Below, one piece after another: positions 50,895 to 59,414 of a stretch of 64,000 bases of DNA. The notes under the pieces are model-generated. The model did not search any database and was not told the DNA's origin. It worked only from the letters and a program-made list of their open reading frames with translations. This DNA comes from Candidatus Omnitrophota bacterium (lineage in GTDB: Bacteria; Omnitrophota; Gorgyraeia; Pluralincolimonadales; Pluralincolimonadaceae): positions 345,476 through 409,475 of the forward strand of contig JAQUPL010000001.1 in assembly GCA_028716565.1 (NCBI GenBank), in the 5' to 3' direction. The position numbers and the translations under genes are program-made. Position 1 is the first letter of the stretch. Every line of letters begins with the position of its first letter.

Positions 50895-51926
50895 TCATTC
50901 TATCCCGCTTAGGTATTTGGCCGCGTCTTCAGGCGGGGTGGGGTTAATATAGAACCCGCTGCCCCACTCGAAACCTGCGACCCTTGTAAGCCTCGGCATT
51001 ATCTCGAGGTGCCAGTGGAAATCGTCGTCTATCGTCCTCCAGTATCCGGCCTTGGGTACGCGGAACGGCGCGGTATGGAGTATTATATTATACGCCGGAT
51101 CGACGAGAGCTTTCTTCAATTTCGTGAGCACGAGCTTGAGCGTCCTCGCCAAATCCGCCCTCTTGTCGACAGAAAGATGCGCGAAATCCGCGCTGTGTTT
51201 CTTAGGAAGGATCCACGTTTCGAACGGGAACCTCGACGCGAAAGGCGCGAACGCAACGAAACCGTCCACGTCGGCCACGATCCGCTTTCCGGTGTCCAAC
51301 TCCTGCTTTATGACATCACAGAATATACAGCGTTCCTTGTATTCAAAGTACTGGCGCGCGCCGACCAGTTCATCCTTAAGGCGTATCGGGTTTACGGGCA
51401 TTGCTATCAGCTGCGAATGGGCGTGCCTTATCCTTCCAGAGCCCGCCGCGAGGCCGTAATTTTTAAAGAGGAGGGCGTATTTCAAACGCGGGTCCCTGCC
51501 GAGGTCGGTGATGCGCTCTATGTACGCGGTTATTGAATCGGTAATCTGCTGCTCGGGCAGGTCTGCCATATTGTAGATGTGCTGCGGGGTCTCGACGATT
51601 ATCTCGTGGGCGCCGATGCCGTTTACCACGTCATACATTCCCCTCCCGTGCCTTTCGACCTTGCCTTCCACCTTAAGGACCGGCGAGACTGAGGGAACGA
51701 CCCTGACTTTCCATCCGGGCGTACACGGTTTTGTGCCGGGGTTGCGGATCGCAAAGATCTCCGGCTGAGGCGTCTGGTCTTCCTTCCCCTCGCAGAACGG
51801 GCAGGGAGGTTCGGCCATCTTCTCCTCGGATACGGAATGAGGCACAAAATCGGTGGGCCGGCGCGCCCTTTCGGTCGCAACTATCACCCACCTTCCGATT
51901 ATAGGGTCTTTTCTGAATTCAGGCAT
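50895..51926 (-). CDS. galactose-1-phosphate uridylyltransferase-like (class I GalT / HIT superfamily), paralog 2
   Basis: CPFCEGKE, GAHEIIV, and HAHSQ in place of HPHSQ. 343 aa. Roughly 40% identical to paralog 1 by eye. 3-nt spacing to paralog 1. Confidence 0.75.
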   Translation of the reverse strand: MPEFRKDPIIGRWVIVATERARRPTDFVPHSVSEEKMAEPPCPFCEGKEDQTPQPEIFAIRNPGTKPCTPGWKVRVVPSVSPVLKVEGKVERHGRGMYDVVNGIGAHEIIVETPQHIYNMADLPEQQITDSITAYIERITDLGRDPRLKYALLFKNYGLAAGSGRIRHAHSQLIAMPVNPIRLKDELVGARQYFEYKERCIFCDVIKQELDTGKRIVADVDGFVAFAPFASRFPFETWILPKKHSADFAHLSVDKRADLARTLKLVLTKLKKALVDPAYNIILHTAPFRVPKAGYWRTIDDDFHWHLEIMPRLTRVAGFEWGSGFYINPTPPEDAAKYLSGIE

Positions 51927-53246
51927 CTATTCGCGCTTTCCGTTTTCCATCATAAGCTTTATCAGGTCATGCAGCGATATTACGCCCTGCACGGCGTTGT
52001 TCTCGTCCTGTATGACCAGGAACTCCGCGCCAGCAGCTTTCATCTTCTCCAGCGCGTCCTTAAGCGGTACGCCCGATTTCACGACTATCGCGGGCCGCTT
52101 CAGGAAGCTGTTTACCGGCATCTCGAGCCCCTTCATGACCGTATCTGACGTGACGACGGCCTGGAGGTTCTTGAGCGAGTTGACCCTGTTGCGTATATAT
52201 GTATAAAATTCCGAAGATAGAGTCCTATTGAAACTTATGAACATCGGGAAATACGGCTTCTTGTCTATGAAATTAAGGTGGCTCTGGAGCGCGCACTGCC
52301 CGATCTGCCTGTCTATCGAAAGGAAATACCTCAAAGAGCTGTCCGGCATTATGTCGTCGAGTTCTTCCGGAACCGCGGCCATGTAAGTTATCTCGAGGAC
52401 TTCATCCATCGAGACGTTCAGGCCCGGCCAATTTTTCGAAATGTAATAGCCCAGCTCGTCGTCCTGGTCCTTATACAGGTGAACGTATTTTTCCAGAGTA
52501 TCGATCGCGTCGGCCAGGAATATCCCGAGCGCCACGTTCTTGTTATATACCATTCCCGCGGCAACGAGTGCCCCGTCATCCGACTGGCCCGGCCCGATCT
52601 TATGCCTTATATAAAGGTATCTTATCTTGTCAGGCGCGACCTTCTGGAGGTCAGCTTCGGCGATGATAAGGCCCGCTCTTTTGAACGCCTCTATCGAACC
52701 GGCGTGTTCACGGTGGGCGAGCAATTCACCGTCGAGATTCATCTTATCCATCACATCGAGATTTATCGGATAACACTTGCCATAACCGATCGTTATCCCA
52801 AATTTCTCTTCTGCCGCCGCACGCGGGCCAGGATCATCCCTGAGGCCGCCGATATATATGCCCCTGAGGACGTCATGGGCGTTCACTTCGATATCCTTGA
52901 GGTCAGGTACGCCGATGAACGGTTCGCCTTTGCCGTTAACGAGGCGCGTCCTCGGTTTCCCCTTGATAGTATCCTCAACGAACCCGGTGATGTCGTCTAT
53001 GAGCATCTGGCGCCTGGTCTTGACCTTGTTCGGGTCGAACTTAAGCGCGCGGACGATATCGTCGATGGTCGTGTTGACGTAAAAGCTCTTCTGGAAGGCT
53101 CCCGCGCCGTTGTGGGACCTTCCTTCGAGTGACTGGATGAAAAGCAGTTCCGCTATCTCATCGGTAGTGTTTAGCTCTTCGGTCTCTTTGAGATGTTGGA
53201 AATCACGTCGTATTAATTCGCTGGGCGCAACTTTGTTGTTTATCAT
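51927..53246 (-). CDS. uncharacterised protein with C-terminal CBS domain
   Basis: 439 aa. The last approximately 70 aa (PAIVVKSGVPLKDALEKMKAAGAEFLVIQDENNAVQGVISLHDLIKLM) look like a CBS domain. I could not place the N-terminal approximately 360 aa in any family. First gene of the galT-galT-gap-pgk-tpiA-secG-opp operon. Confidence 0.45.
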   Translation of the reverse strand: MINNKVAPSELIRRDFQHLKETEELNTTDEIAELLFIQSLEGRSHNGAGAFQKSFYVNTTIDDIVRALKFDPNKVKTRRQMLIDDITGFVEDTIKGKPRTRLVNGKGEPFIGVPDLKDIEVNAHDVLRGIYIGGLRDDPGPRAAAEEKFGITIGYGKCYPINLDVMDKMNLDGELLAHREHAGSIEAFKRAGLIIAEADLQKVAPDKIRYLYIRHKIGPGQSDDGALVAAGMVYNKNVALGIFLADAIDTLEKYVHLYKDQDDELGYYISKNWPGLNVSMDEVLEITYMAAVPEELDDIMPDSSLRYFLSIDRQIGQCALQSHLNFIDKKPYFPMFISFNRTLSSEFYTYIRNRVNSLKNLQAVVTSDTVMKGLEMPVNSFLKRPAIVVKSGVPLKDALEKMKAAGAEFLVIQDENNAVQGVISLHDLIKLMMENGKRE

Positions 53247-53272
53247 AGAAATTTTTGGAAATTCAAAGGAAT

Positions 53273-53300
53273 ATTATATCATATGCGGGAGGGAATTCAA
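53273..53300 (-). promoter_or_regulatory. candidate promoter for the CBS-galT-glycolysis operon (-35 TTGAAT, 16 nt, extended -10 TGaTATAAT)
   Basis: Minus-sense acTTGAATtccctcccgcatatgaTATAATattcc, 25 nt upstream of the ATG. There is no obvious Shine-Dalgarno sequence. Confidence 0.4.
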
Positions 53301-53301
53301 G

Positions 53302-54237
53302 TCAATTAACGAAGCTGTCGCCGACTGAAACCTTGTTCCCGAGAACGTAATCCTTGGCCTTCATACGTTTGCCGCCCTCGGGCTGCAGCTCTTTTATCCT
53401 GAGGAAGCCGCTGCCGCAAGCTACGGTTATTCCGCCGCTGTCGAGCGCGGCTATCCTGCCGGGCGACTGGCCTTTTTGCGCCGGCAGGTCCGAGGGCTCT
53501 GTGGCCCATATCTTTATTATCCTGCCGTTAAGGCTGGAAAACGCCCCGGGCCAGCCGTAAAAAGCCCTGACCTTATTATGAACCTCGGAAGCCGGCTTAT
53601 CCCAGACTATCCTGCCGTCCTCTTTCTTCAACTTAGGGGTGAGACTGGCTTCGGATTCATCCTGTTTTATAAATTGCGCTTTCCGCTCCTCTATGGAATC
53701 CACCGCCCTGACAAGCAGGTTAGCGCCAAGATTCGAGAGTTTTTCGGAGAGCGTCTCGGCATTATCGGAATCGAGGATATCCGCGTCTTTTTGCGTTATT
53801 ATCTCGCCGGCATCCATCTTTCCGCTCAACTTGAAAACGGTGACGCCGGTCTTCTCTTCGCCGTTCAATATCGCCCAGTTTATCGGCGAGGCTCCCCTGT
53901 ATTTCGGGAGCAGGGAAGCGTGGAGGCCTATTGAATAAATCTTCGGCAAAGAGAGTATCTCGCCCGGGAGTATCTTCCCATACGCGATGACGACGAAGAG
54001 GTCCGCCTTGTATTTTTTGAGTTCGTCCAGGGCGCGGGCGGAAGAGATGTCGTCTATCGAGGTAACGGGTATGTCCAGGGAATCCGCTTTTATCTTTACG
54101 AGAGACGGGGCCGGTTTCAGGTTCCTGCCCTTCGGCCTGTCAGGTTTGGTGACAACGGCCGCGATATCGTGGAATTTGCTCAATTTCACGAGGCTCGGGA
54201 CCGCGAATCCGGACGTGCCGAAGAAGACTATCGTCAT
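53302..54237 (-). CDS. fmt: methionyl-tRNA formyltransferase
   Basis: MTIVFFGTSGFAVPSL, formyltransferase HxSLLPxxRG (GLHASLLPKYRGASPI). 311 aa. 4-nt overlap with def. Confidence 0.9.
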   Translation of the reverse strand: MTIVFFGTSGFAVPSLVKLSKFHDIAAVVTKPDRPKGRNLKPAPSLVKIKADSLDIPVTSIDDISSARALDELKKYKADLFVVIAYGKILPGEILSLPKIYSIGLHASLLPKYRGASPINWAILNGEEKTGVTVFKLSGKMDAGEIITQKDADILDSDNAETLSEKLSNLGANLLVRAVDSIEERKAQFIKQDESEASLTPKLKKEDGRIVWDKPASEVHNKVRAFYGWPGAFSSLNGRIIKIWATEPSDLPAQKGQSPGRIAALDSGGITVACGSGFLRIKELQPEGGKRMKAKDYVLGNKVSVGDSFVN

Positions 54238-54728
54238 TTGAGCTCTTTTTTGAGTTTGCGTTTCGCCATGAAACGCTTGACAGGGCTGAGCCTGTCGATG
54301 AAGAGAATGCCGTCCAGGTGGTCTATCTCATGCTGGCATATCCTGGCTAAAAGGCCTCTCGCCTCAAAACAGACGGGCTTTCCCTTTATATCAACCCCTT
54401 CGACCCGGACATAGGTGCTGCGGCTGACCGGCCCGTTTATCCCGGGCAGGCTCAGGCAGCCCTCCTCTTTTTTCTCGCTTCCGCGCTTTTTTACTATGAC
54501 AGGGTTAATGAGCGCGTCGGCCCGCCACTCATCGCAAGACGGGTTGAAGACGATGATCCTTTTAGATACCCCTACCTGCGTGGCCGCGAGACCCACCCCT
54601 TCGGAGAGCTTCATCGTCTCGATCATATCCTCGATAAGGCTCCTCTCGCGCTCGGTCACGGTTTTGACCGGCTGGGCCTTCTTCTTGAGGACAGGATCCG
54701 GATATTTGCGTACTTGTAAGATGGACAT
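54234..54728 (-). CDS. def: peptide deformylase
   Basis: GLAATQVG, EGCLS, QHEIDHLDG metal-binding motifs. Confidence 0.9.
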   Translation of the reverse strand: MSILQVRKYPDPVLKKKAQPVKTVTERERSLIEDMIETMKLSEGVGLAATQVGVSKRIIVFNPSCDEWRADALINPVIVKKRGSEKKEEGCLSLPGINGPVSRSTYVRVEGVDIKGKPVCFEARGLLARICQHEIDHLDGILFIDRLSPVKRFMAKRKLKKELK

Positions 54729-54739
54729 GGCACTATTCT

Positions 54740-54769
54740 ACTATAAACCCACGAAAAAACCAAATCCAA
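54740..54769 (-). promoter_or_regulatory. candidate divergent promoter for def-fmt (-35 TTGGAT, 18 nt, -10 TATAGT), implying a near-leaderless def mRNA
   Basis: Minus-sense TTGGATttggttttttcgtgggttTATAGTagaatagtgccATG. Only about 5 nt separate the predicted +1 from the ATG, and there is no Shine-Dalgarno. Confidence 0.3.
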
Positions 54770-54776
54770 AAAAAAG

Positions 54777-54805
54777 TTGACCTCTCCGCCCCGATGCTCT
54801 ATAAT
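54777..54805 (+). promoter_or_regulatory. consensus sigma70 promoter (TTGACC, 17 nt, TATAAT) for the only plus-strand gene
   Basis: aagTTGACCtctccgccccgatgctcTATAATcagg. AAAGGAG RBS at 54812-54818, ATG at 54826. Confidence 0.7.
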
Positions 54806-54825
54806 CAGGTAAAAGGAGCACAAGC

Positions 54826-55431
54826 ATGGACGAAGCGGATTTAGCTAATCTTCCGAAACAGGTAAGCGATTATTATCAAAAAGGCCTTGAGGCCGTCAAA
54901 AGAGAAAATTTCGGTTACGCTATAGAGCTCTTCAGTTCCGCGCTCGCCTTAAAACAGGATTTCGCGGAGGCGCGCTTCTACCTCTGGCTCTCCCTTTGGG
55001 AGCAGCAAAGGCATCATCCGAATATAATTAAATTGGTCACCGGAAAAATATTCGGGTTTATCAGTATGATGGGCGGGATGTCGCTCCAAAAAGCGGGCAA
55101 GACGTGGGAGGCGATCTATCAGTTCGAGAAGGCAATGAAGGCGGACCCGGGAAATTCCGCGATCCTGAACGCTATAGCCGATTGCTTCCTGAGCGAGGGG
55201 CAGACCTTAAACGCCATAAAGATATTGGAAGGCGTCCCGATGATAAATAACAAAGATTCCAAGACACTTAAGAAACTGGCGGGGCTTTACAAGGGCATGG
55301 AGAATTATGAAAAGGCGCGCGCTTTCTATAAGGCGGCCCTTCAGGCCAACCCAGGCGATATGGACGCCGAACACGGCATAAAAGAGCTCGACGCCATAAA
55401 GACCCTCATCAAGGGCTCGTTCGACCAGTAG
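54826..55431 (+). CDS. TPR-repeat protein
   Basis: 201 aa, 4-5 TPR units, strong promoter and RBS. Convergent with priA, with stop codons 3 nt apart. Confidence 0.7.
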   Translation: MDEADLANLPKQVSDYYQKGLEAVKRENFGYAIELFSSALALKQDFAEARFYLWLSLWEQQRHHPNIIKLVTGKIFGFISMMGGMSLQKAGKTWEAIYQFEKAMKADPGNSAILNAIADCFLSEGQTLNAIKILEGVPMINNKDSKTLKKLAGLYKGMENYEKARAFYKAALQANPGDMDAEHGIKELDAIKTLIKGSFDQ

Positions 55432-55434
55432 ACA

Positions 55435-57519
55435 TCACAATCCCATCGGGTCTACATCTACCGTAATAATCAGGCCCGACTTCCCTTTCAGGTTATCCAG
55501 GGCTTTGTCTATAAATCCGCAGATCACCGCAGGGTCTTGCCCTTTAAGCAGCAGGTTCCACCTGAATTGCCCTTTTATCTTCGATATGAATTCCGGCGCC
55601 GGCCCTACCATCTCCACCGGCTTTCCCTTAGCTTCGCTAAGGACTTCGCCGGCGATGAAAAGGTTCAGGACAGCCCCGAGGTCCTGCGCGGCCTTTATCA
55701 CCCTCTCTTCCTTCTTTCCCCTCAGCTTTATCTCGACGATATGCGTGAACGGAGGATAATTCAGCTCTTTGCGAAATTTTATCTCCTCGTTGAAAAATCC
55801 GACATAATCGTGCTCGATGCTCTTTTCTATCGCGTAATGGTTGGGAGAGAATGTCTGGACGATCACCCTGCCGGGTTCTGATCCTCTGCCCGCGCGGCCC
55901 GCGACCTGCGTCAGGAGGTTGAATGTCCTCTCGCCGGCCCTGAAATCCGGCAGGTTGAGAGCCGTATCCGCCGAGACGACCCCGACTAGCGTCACCCGCG
56001 GGAAGTCGTGGCCCTTGGCTATCATCTGGGTCCCTACAAGAATATCTATTTTATGTTTCTTGAATTCCGAGAGTATCTGGCGGTGGGAGCCCCTCTTTAC
56101 CGTCGCGTCGGTATCCATCCTGGCTATCCTGGCGGCAGGAAAAAGCCTGGCCGCCTCGCTCTCGATCTTTTGCGTGCCGATGCCGAAATACCTGATATCC
56201 CCGCTCTTGCATTTGGGGCATTTTTCCGGCGGGCCGGCCTGATAGTTACAGTAATGGCAATTAAGCTTCTTTGTGTCGAAATGATATGTCATCGAGACGT
56301 TGCAGTATTTGCAGGTCACCACATAGCCGCACTTCTTGCAGTTTATGAAGGTCGAGAAACCCCTCCTGTTCATAAAGAGCATCACCTGGCCGTGCCTGTT
56401 CAGGACCTGAGATATGGCGTGCTCAAGCGCGCGGGAGAATATCTTCGGCTCCCTGGAATCGATAAGCTCCTGGCGCATGTCTATTATATCGACCTTCGGC
56501 AGGGCCCTCTTCTCTATGCGCTCGGTAATCTTCAGTAATTTGTATTCGCCTGACGCCGCCTTCTGGAAACTTTCAAGGGACGGGGTGGCGCTGCCAAGGA
56601 TGACCGCGGCGCCCGCGGACCTGGCGCGTTCTATCGCGACGTCCCTGGCGTTATATCTCGGCGCATCGTCCTGTTTATAGGACGTCTCGTGTTCTTCATC
56701 TATCACTATCAGGCCGAGGTTTTTGACCGGCGCGAATATGGCTGATCGCGCGCCCACCGCGATCTTCGCGGTCCCTTCCTTAAGTTTTTTCCATTCTAAA
56801 AATCTTTCGCTCCCAAGAAGCCTGCTGTGCAGGACCGCCACGATACTCCCGAACCTCGACTTGAAACGTTCGACCGCCTGGGGCGTAAGTGAGATCTCCG
56901 GCACCAATACTATTGCGGACCTCCCTAATCTGAGCGCCGATTCGATCGACTGCATATAGACCTCGGTCTTGCCGCTGCCTGTGATGCCGTGCAGAAGGTA
57001 GACGTCGTTTTTGCCTTTCGATATGGATTCCCTGATGGATCTCAGAGCGGCGTCCTGCTCGTGCGTGGGCTTGAAATTCCCGGTGGGCTCGTATTCCTCT
57101 TCGACCAAGGGATGGCGGGGCTTTGTCTTTATCTTCCCTTTCTTCAGCGGGCCGGGAAGCGCGGCCTCTATAGCCTCTCCCCACGACGAGTGGTAATAAC
57201 CGGCGATCCACTTCGTAAGCGCCAGAAGCTCGGCGCTGATCACCGAGCTCTCCTCGTCTATTACCGAGAGGATCTCCTTTATACCTTCCAAACGGGGCTT
57301 ATCGACAAGATCTGTGACATAACCTACGATCCGCCTCGGGCCGAAAGGGACCCAAACACGCTTGCCGATCTCCACTTTTTCTTTCAGGGAGGCGGGAACC
57401 CTGTAGTGGAACGGCTTCCTGACGGGAAGGCCCACCGCTACTTCAACGAACTCTTTTGCCTGCGGATTCGTCAATCCTGCTCCGAAAGGATCTTCATTAT
57501 CTTCTTTAGGTCCTGCCAT
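55435..57519 (-). CDS. priA: primosomal protein N' (replication restart helicase)
   Basis: Walker A GITGSGKTE, DEEH box, two CxxC...CxxC zinc-binding pairs, helicase C motifs. The true start is probably downstream of the track Met, which overlaps the UDG gene by 49 nt. Homology begins around VEVAVGLPV. Confidence 0.9.
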   Translation of the reverse strand: MAGPKEDNEDPFGAGLTNPQAKEFVEVAVGLPVRKPFHYRVPASLKEKVEIGKRVWVPFGPRRIVGYVTDLVDKPRLEGIKEILSVIDEESSVISAELLALTKWIAGYYHSSWGEAIEAALPGPLKKGKIKTKPRHPLVEEEYEPTGNFKPTHEQDAALRSIRESISKGKNDVYLLHGITGSGKTEVYMQSIESALRLGRSAIVLVPEISLTPQAVERFKSRFGSIVAVLHSRLLGSERFLEWKKLKEGTAKIAVGARSAIFAPVKNLGLIVIDEEHETSYKQDDAPRYNARDVAIERARSAGAAVILGSATPSLESFQKAASGEYKLLKITERIEKRALPKVDIIDMRQELIDSREPKIFSRALEHAISQVLNRHGQVMLFMNRRGFSTFINCKKCGYVVTCKYCNVSMTYHFDTKKLNCHYCNYQAGPPEKCPKCKSGDIRYFGIGTQKIESEAARLFPAARIARMDTDATVKRGSHRQILSEFKKHKIDILVGTQMIAKGHDFPRVTLVGVVSADTALNLPDFRAGERTFNLLTQVAGRAGRGSEPGRVIVQTFSPNHYAIEKSIEHDYVGFFNEEIKFRKELNYPPFTHIVEIKLRGKKEERVIKAAQDLGAVLNLFIAGEVLSEAKGKPVEMVGPAPEFISKIKGQFRWNLLLKGQDPAVICGFIDKALDNLKGKSGLIITVDVDPMGL

Positions 57520-58223
57520 ACTTCTTTCTTGGCGGAAGGATTCCTTAAAAGGTATGCGGGATGATAAGTGGGGATAAGCGTGACGCCGTTAAATTCGAAC
57601 TCTTTACCCCTGATCTTTGTTATGAAGACCTCGGTGCCCAGGAGCGCCTCAGTGGCATGTTTCCCGAGGCAGCAGATGACCTTAGGCGAGATTATCCCGA
57701 CTTGCCTGAGAAGGTAATCCTTGCATGCGGCAACTTCTTCCGGCAGGGGCGCCCTGTTGTTAGGAGGCCGGCATTTTATGACGTTGCAGATATAGACGTC
57801 TTGGCGCCTGAGGCCCATCGCCTCTATCATCTTCGTTAAAAGCTGGCCTGCGCGGCCGACAAACGGGACCCCCTGAATATCTTCATCTCCGCCCGGCGCC
57901 TCTCCTACAAATACCAGCCGGGCTTCGGGATCCCCGTCTGAAAATACGTAATTCTTCTTGGTCTTATAAAGCGGGCAGCGCCGGCATGAGAATACTTCTC
58001 TTTTTACCGGATCGAGTAACCCGGATTTCTTAGAATTCGATGCGGCGTTTCTCGGCCGGGCAGGCGTGATGATATCGGCGGTACCTGCGGCTTTTTCGGC
58101 CTCTATATAGGACCTCAGGTCCCGGGCGATGCCGGCAAGTTCTTCACGAGTTTTGCTGGCGATGCCGGCAAGTTCTTCACGAGCTTTGCTGGCGATGCCG
58201 GCAAGTTCTTTCTTATTTGTCAT
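57471..58223 (-). CDS. family-4 uracil-DNA glycosylase with a repeat-encoded N-terminal extension
   Basis: CRRCPLY...GEAPGGDED...FVGRAG...HPAYLLRN, typical of family-4 (Fe-S) UDG. N-terminus MTNKKELAGIASKAREELAGIASKTREELAGIARD is encoded by the 33-bp tandem array. Confidence 0.85.
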   Translation of the reverse strand: MTNKKELAGIASKAREELAGIASKTREELAGIARDLRSYIEAEKAAGTADIITPARPRNAASNSKKSGLLDPVKREVFSCRRCPLYKTKKNYVFSDGDPEARLVFVGEAPGGDEDIQGVPFVGRAGQLLTKMIEAMGLRRQDVYICNVIKCRPPNNRAPLPEEVAACKDYLLRQVGIISPKVICCLGKHATEALLGTEVFITKIRGKEFEFNGVTLIPTYHPAYLLRNPSAKKEVWQDLKKIMKILSEQD

Positions 58224-58293
58224 AGCCGATGGTCAGTTCTTTACGAGTGTTGACATCGCCGATGGTCAGTTCTTTACGAGTGTTGACCATTTC
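58128..58293. repeat. 33-bp tandem repeat array, about 5 units of two subtypes, spanning the UDG start and the stop of the upstream glycosyltransferase gene
   Basis: Units begin at 58128, 58161, 58194, 58228 and 58261. Units 1-2 are GATGCCGGCAAGTTCTTCACGAG(T/C)TTTGCTGGC, unit 3 is degenerate after 17 nt, and units 4-5 are GATGGTCAGTTCTTTACGAGTGTTGAC... All share the core AGTTCTT(C/T)ACGAG. Confidence 0.85.
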
Positions 58294-59414
58294 TTCTCGA
58301 TAGTCTCCAGCACAAGCAGGACTATATCGCTCGCTGAGGACGGCTTGCCCAGTTGTTTCGCCTTCGCCCTCATCGTATCGAGGGTATCTTTTGACCTGTA
58401 AAGGGCCTCAAGCTTGTCAAGGGTCTCTCCGATGGTCTTGACTCCTACGCCCACCCCGTGCTTTTCCAGGAACATAAGGTTGCTCTCTTCCTGTCCCGGG
58501 ATATAGGTATTGACTATGACAGGCACGCCCTTGACCATTGCCTCGGAAATGCTCAGGCCGCCGGGTTTGGATATCATTACGTCGGAGGCATCCATCAATT
58601 CGTTCACGTTATCCACAAAACCGTAAGGTTTGATAAATACTTTTGATTTTTTAGCGATATTCTCTATTTCCTTAAGAAGCCCTTCGTTGTTGCCGCATAC
58701 TACGATGAGCTGGAACGGCTCTGATGTCCCGGCGATAGTCTCGACCATCTCCGGTATCGGGCCGACGCCGAGCCCGCCCCCGATTATGAGGACGGTAAAT
58801 AACCCCTCTTTCAGGCCGAGCTTCTTGATCGCCTCGCCTCGCTCCAGCTTCTTCGTGAATTTCTCCTGGACCGGGATGCCGAGCACCCTTATCTTTTCGG
58901 CCTGTATGCCTTTGCTCACAAGCTCGTTCTTGGTGTATTCGGCCGCAGCGACATAGATGTCCACCTGGGACGATATCCAGAAATCATGCACGCCGTAATC
59001 CGTGACGCACGTGATGAGTTTGCCGTCATAGAGTTTCGACATTTTAAGGTTGGATACTATGTCCGTCGCCAGGAAATGCGTAGCGACTATACAATCCGGC
59101 TTCTCTTTCCTTATGAAGGAGTAGAGTTTATGCCCGTTTACGAAATTCATCATGCGCCTTACTGTCCTTATAAGCGGCCGCAGCGGCTTGAAATCGGTAA
59201 AATAGAACGAGAATGTCCAGAGGAAAGGCGCCTTCGAGACCATGAAGTTATATCCCCAGACATAGGTAAACCTGAACAGCCGGTTCGCGTATTCCAGGGA
59301 ATCTACTACCCTGACATCGTGGCCTGTGTTGGCCTTATCGAAGGCGTCTTTTATCGCCAGGGCGGCGCTCTTGTGCCCGGCCCCGGCCTGGGCATGGATG
59401 ATGAATACCTTCAT
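58266..59414 (-). CDS. glycosyltransferase family 28, MGDG-synthase / processive diacylglycerol glycosyltransferase (UgtP)-like
   Basis: 382 aa. N-terminal HAQAGAGHKSAALAIKDAF (MGDG_synth N-domain pattern) and a C-terminal GT-B domain (GGGLGVGP...ISKPGGLSISEA). Confidence 0.7.
   Translation of the reverse strand: MKVFIIHAQAGAGHKSAALAIKDAFDKANTGHDVRVVDSLEYANRLFRFTYVWGYNFMVSKAPFLWTFSFYFTDFKPLRPLIRTVRRMMNFVNGHKLYSFIRKEKPDCIVATHFLATDIVSNLKMSKLYDGKLITCVTDYGVHDFWISSQVDIYVAAAEYTKNELVSKGIQAEKIRVLGIPVQEKFTKKLERGEAIKKLGLKEGLFTVLIIGGGLGVGPIPEMVETIAGTSEPFQLIVVCGNNEGLLKEIENIAKKSKVFIKPYGFVDNVNELMDASDVMISKPGGLSISEAMVKGVPVIVNTYIPGQEESNLMFLEKHGVGVGVKTIGETLDKLEALYRSKDTLDTMRAKAKQLGKPSSASDIVLLVLETIEKKWSTLVKN

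Noticed and set aside
52278-53132. 284-aa plus-strand ORF. The same reasoning covers similar long antisense ORFs at 14240-14908, 20533-21252, 21268-21927, 31496-32224, 33770-34591, 58986-59702 and 61255-61971.
   Set aside because: Each is fully embedded antisense in a confidently assigned minus-strand gene. None has a start-codon context or a conserved domain. Treated as shadow ORFs.
58128-58293. Regularly spaced 33-bp repeats considered as a CRISPR array.
   Set aside because: Units are contiguous with no unique spacers. The length is a multiple of 3. The units are translated in-frame as a peptide repeat. No cas genes are present. This is a coding minisatellite, not a CRISPR.
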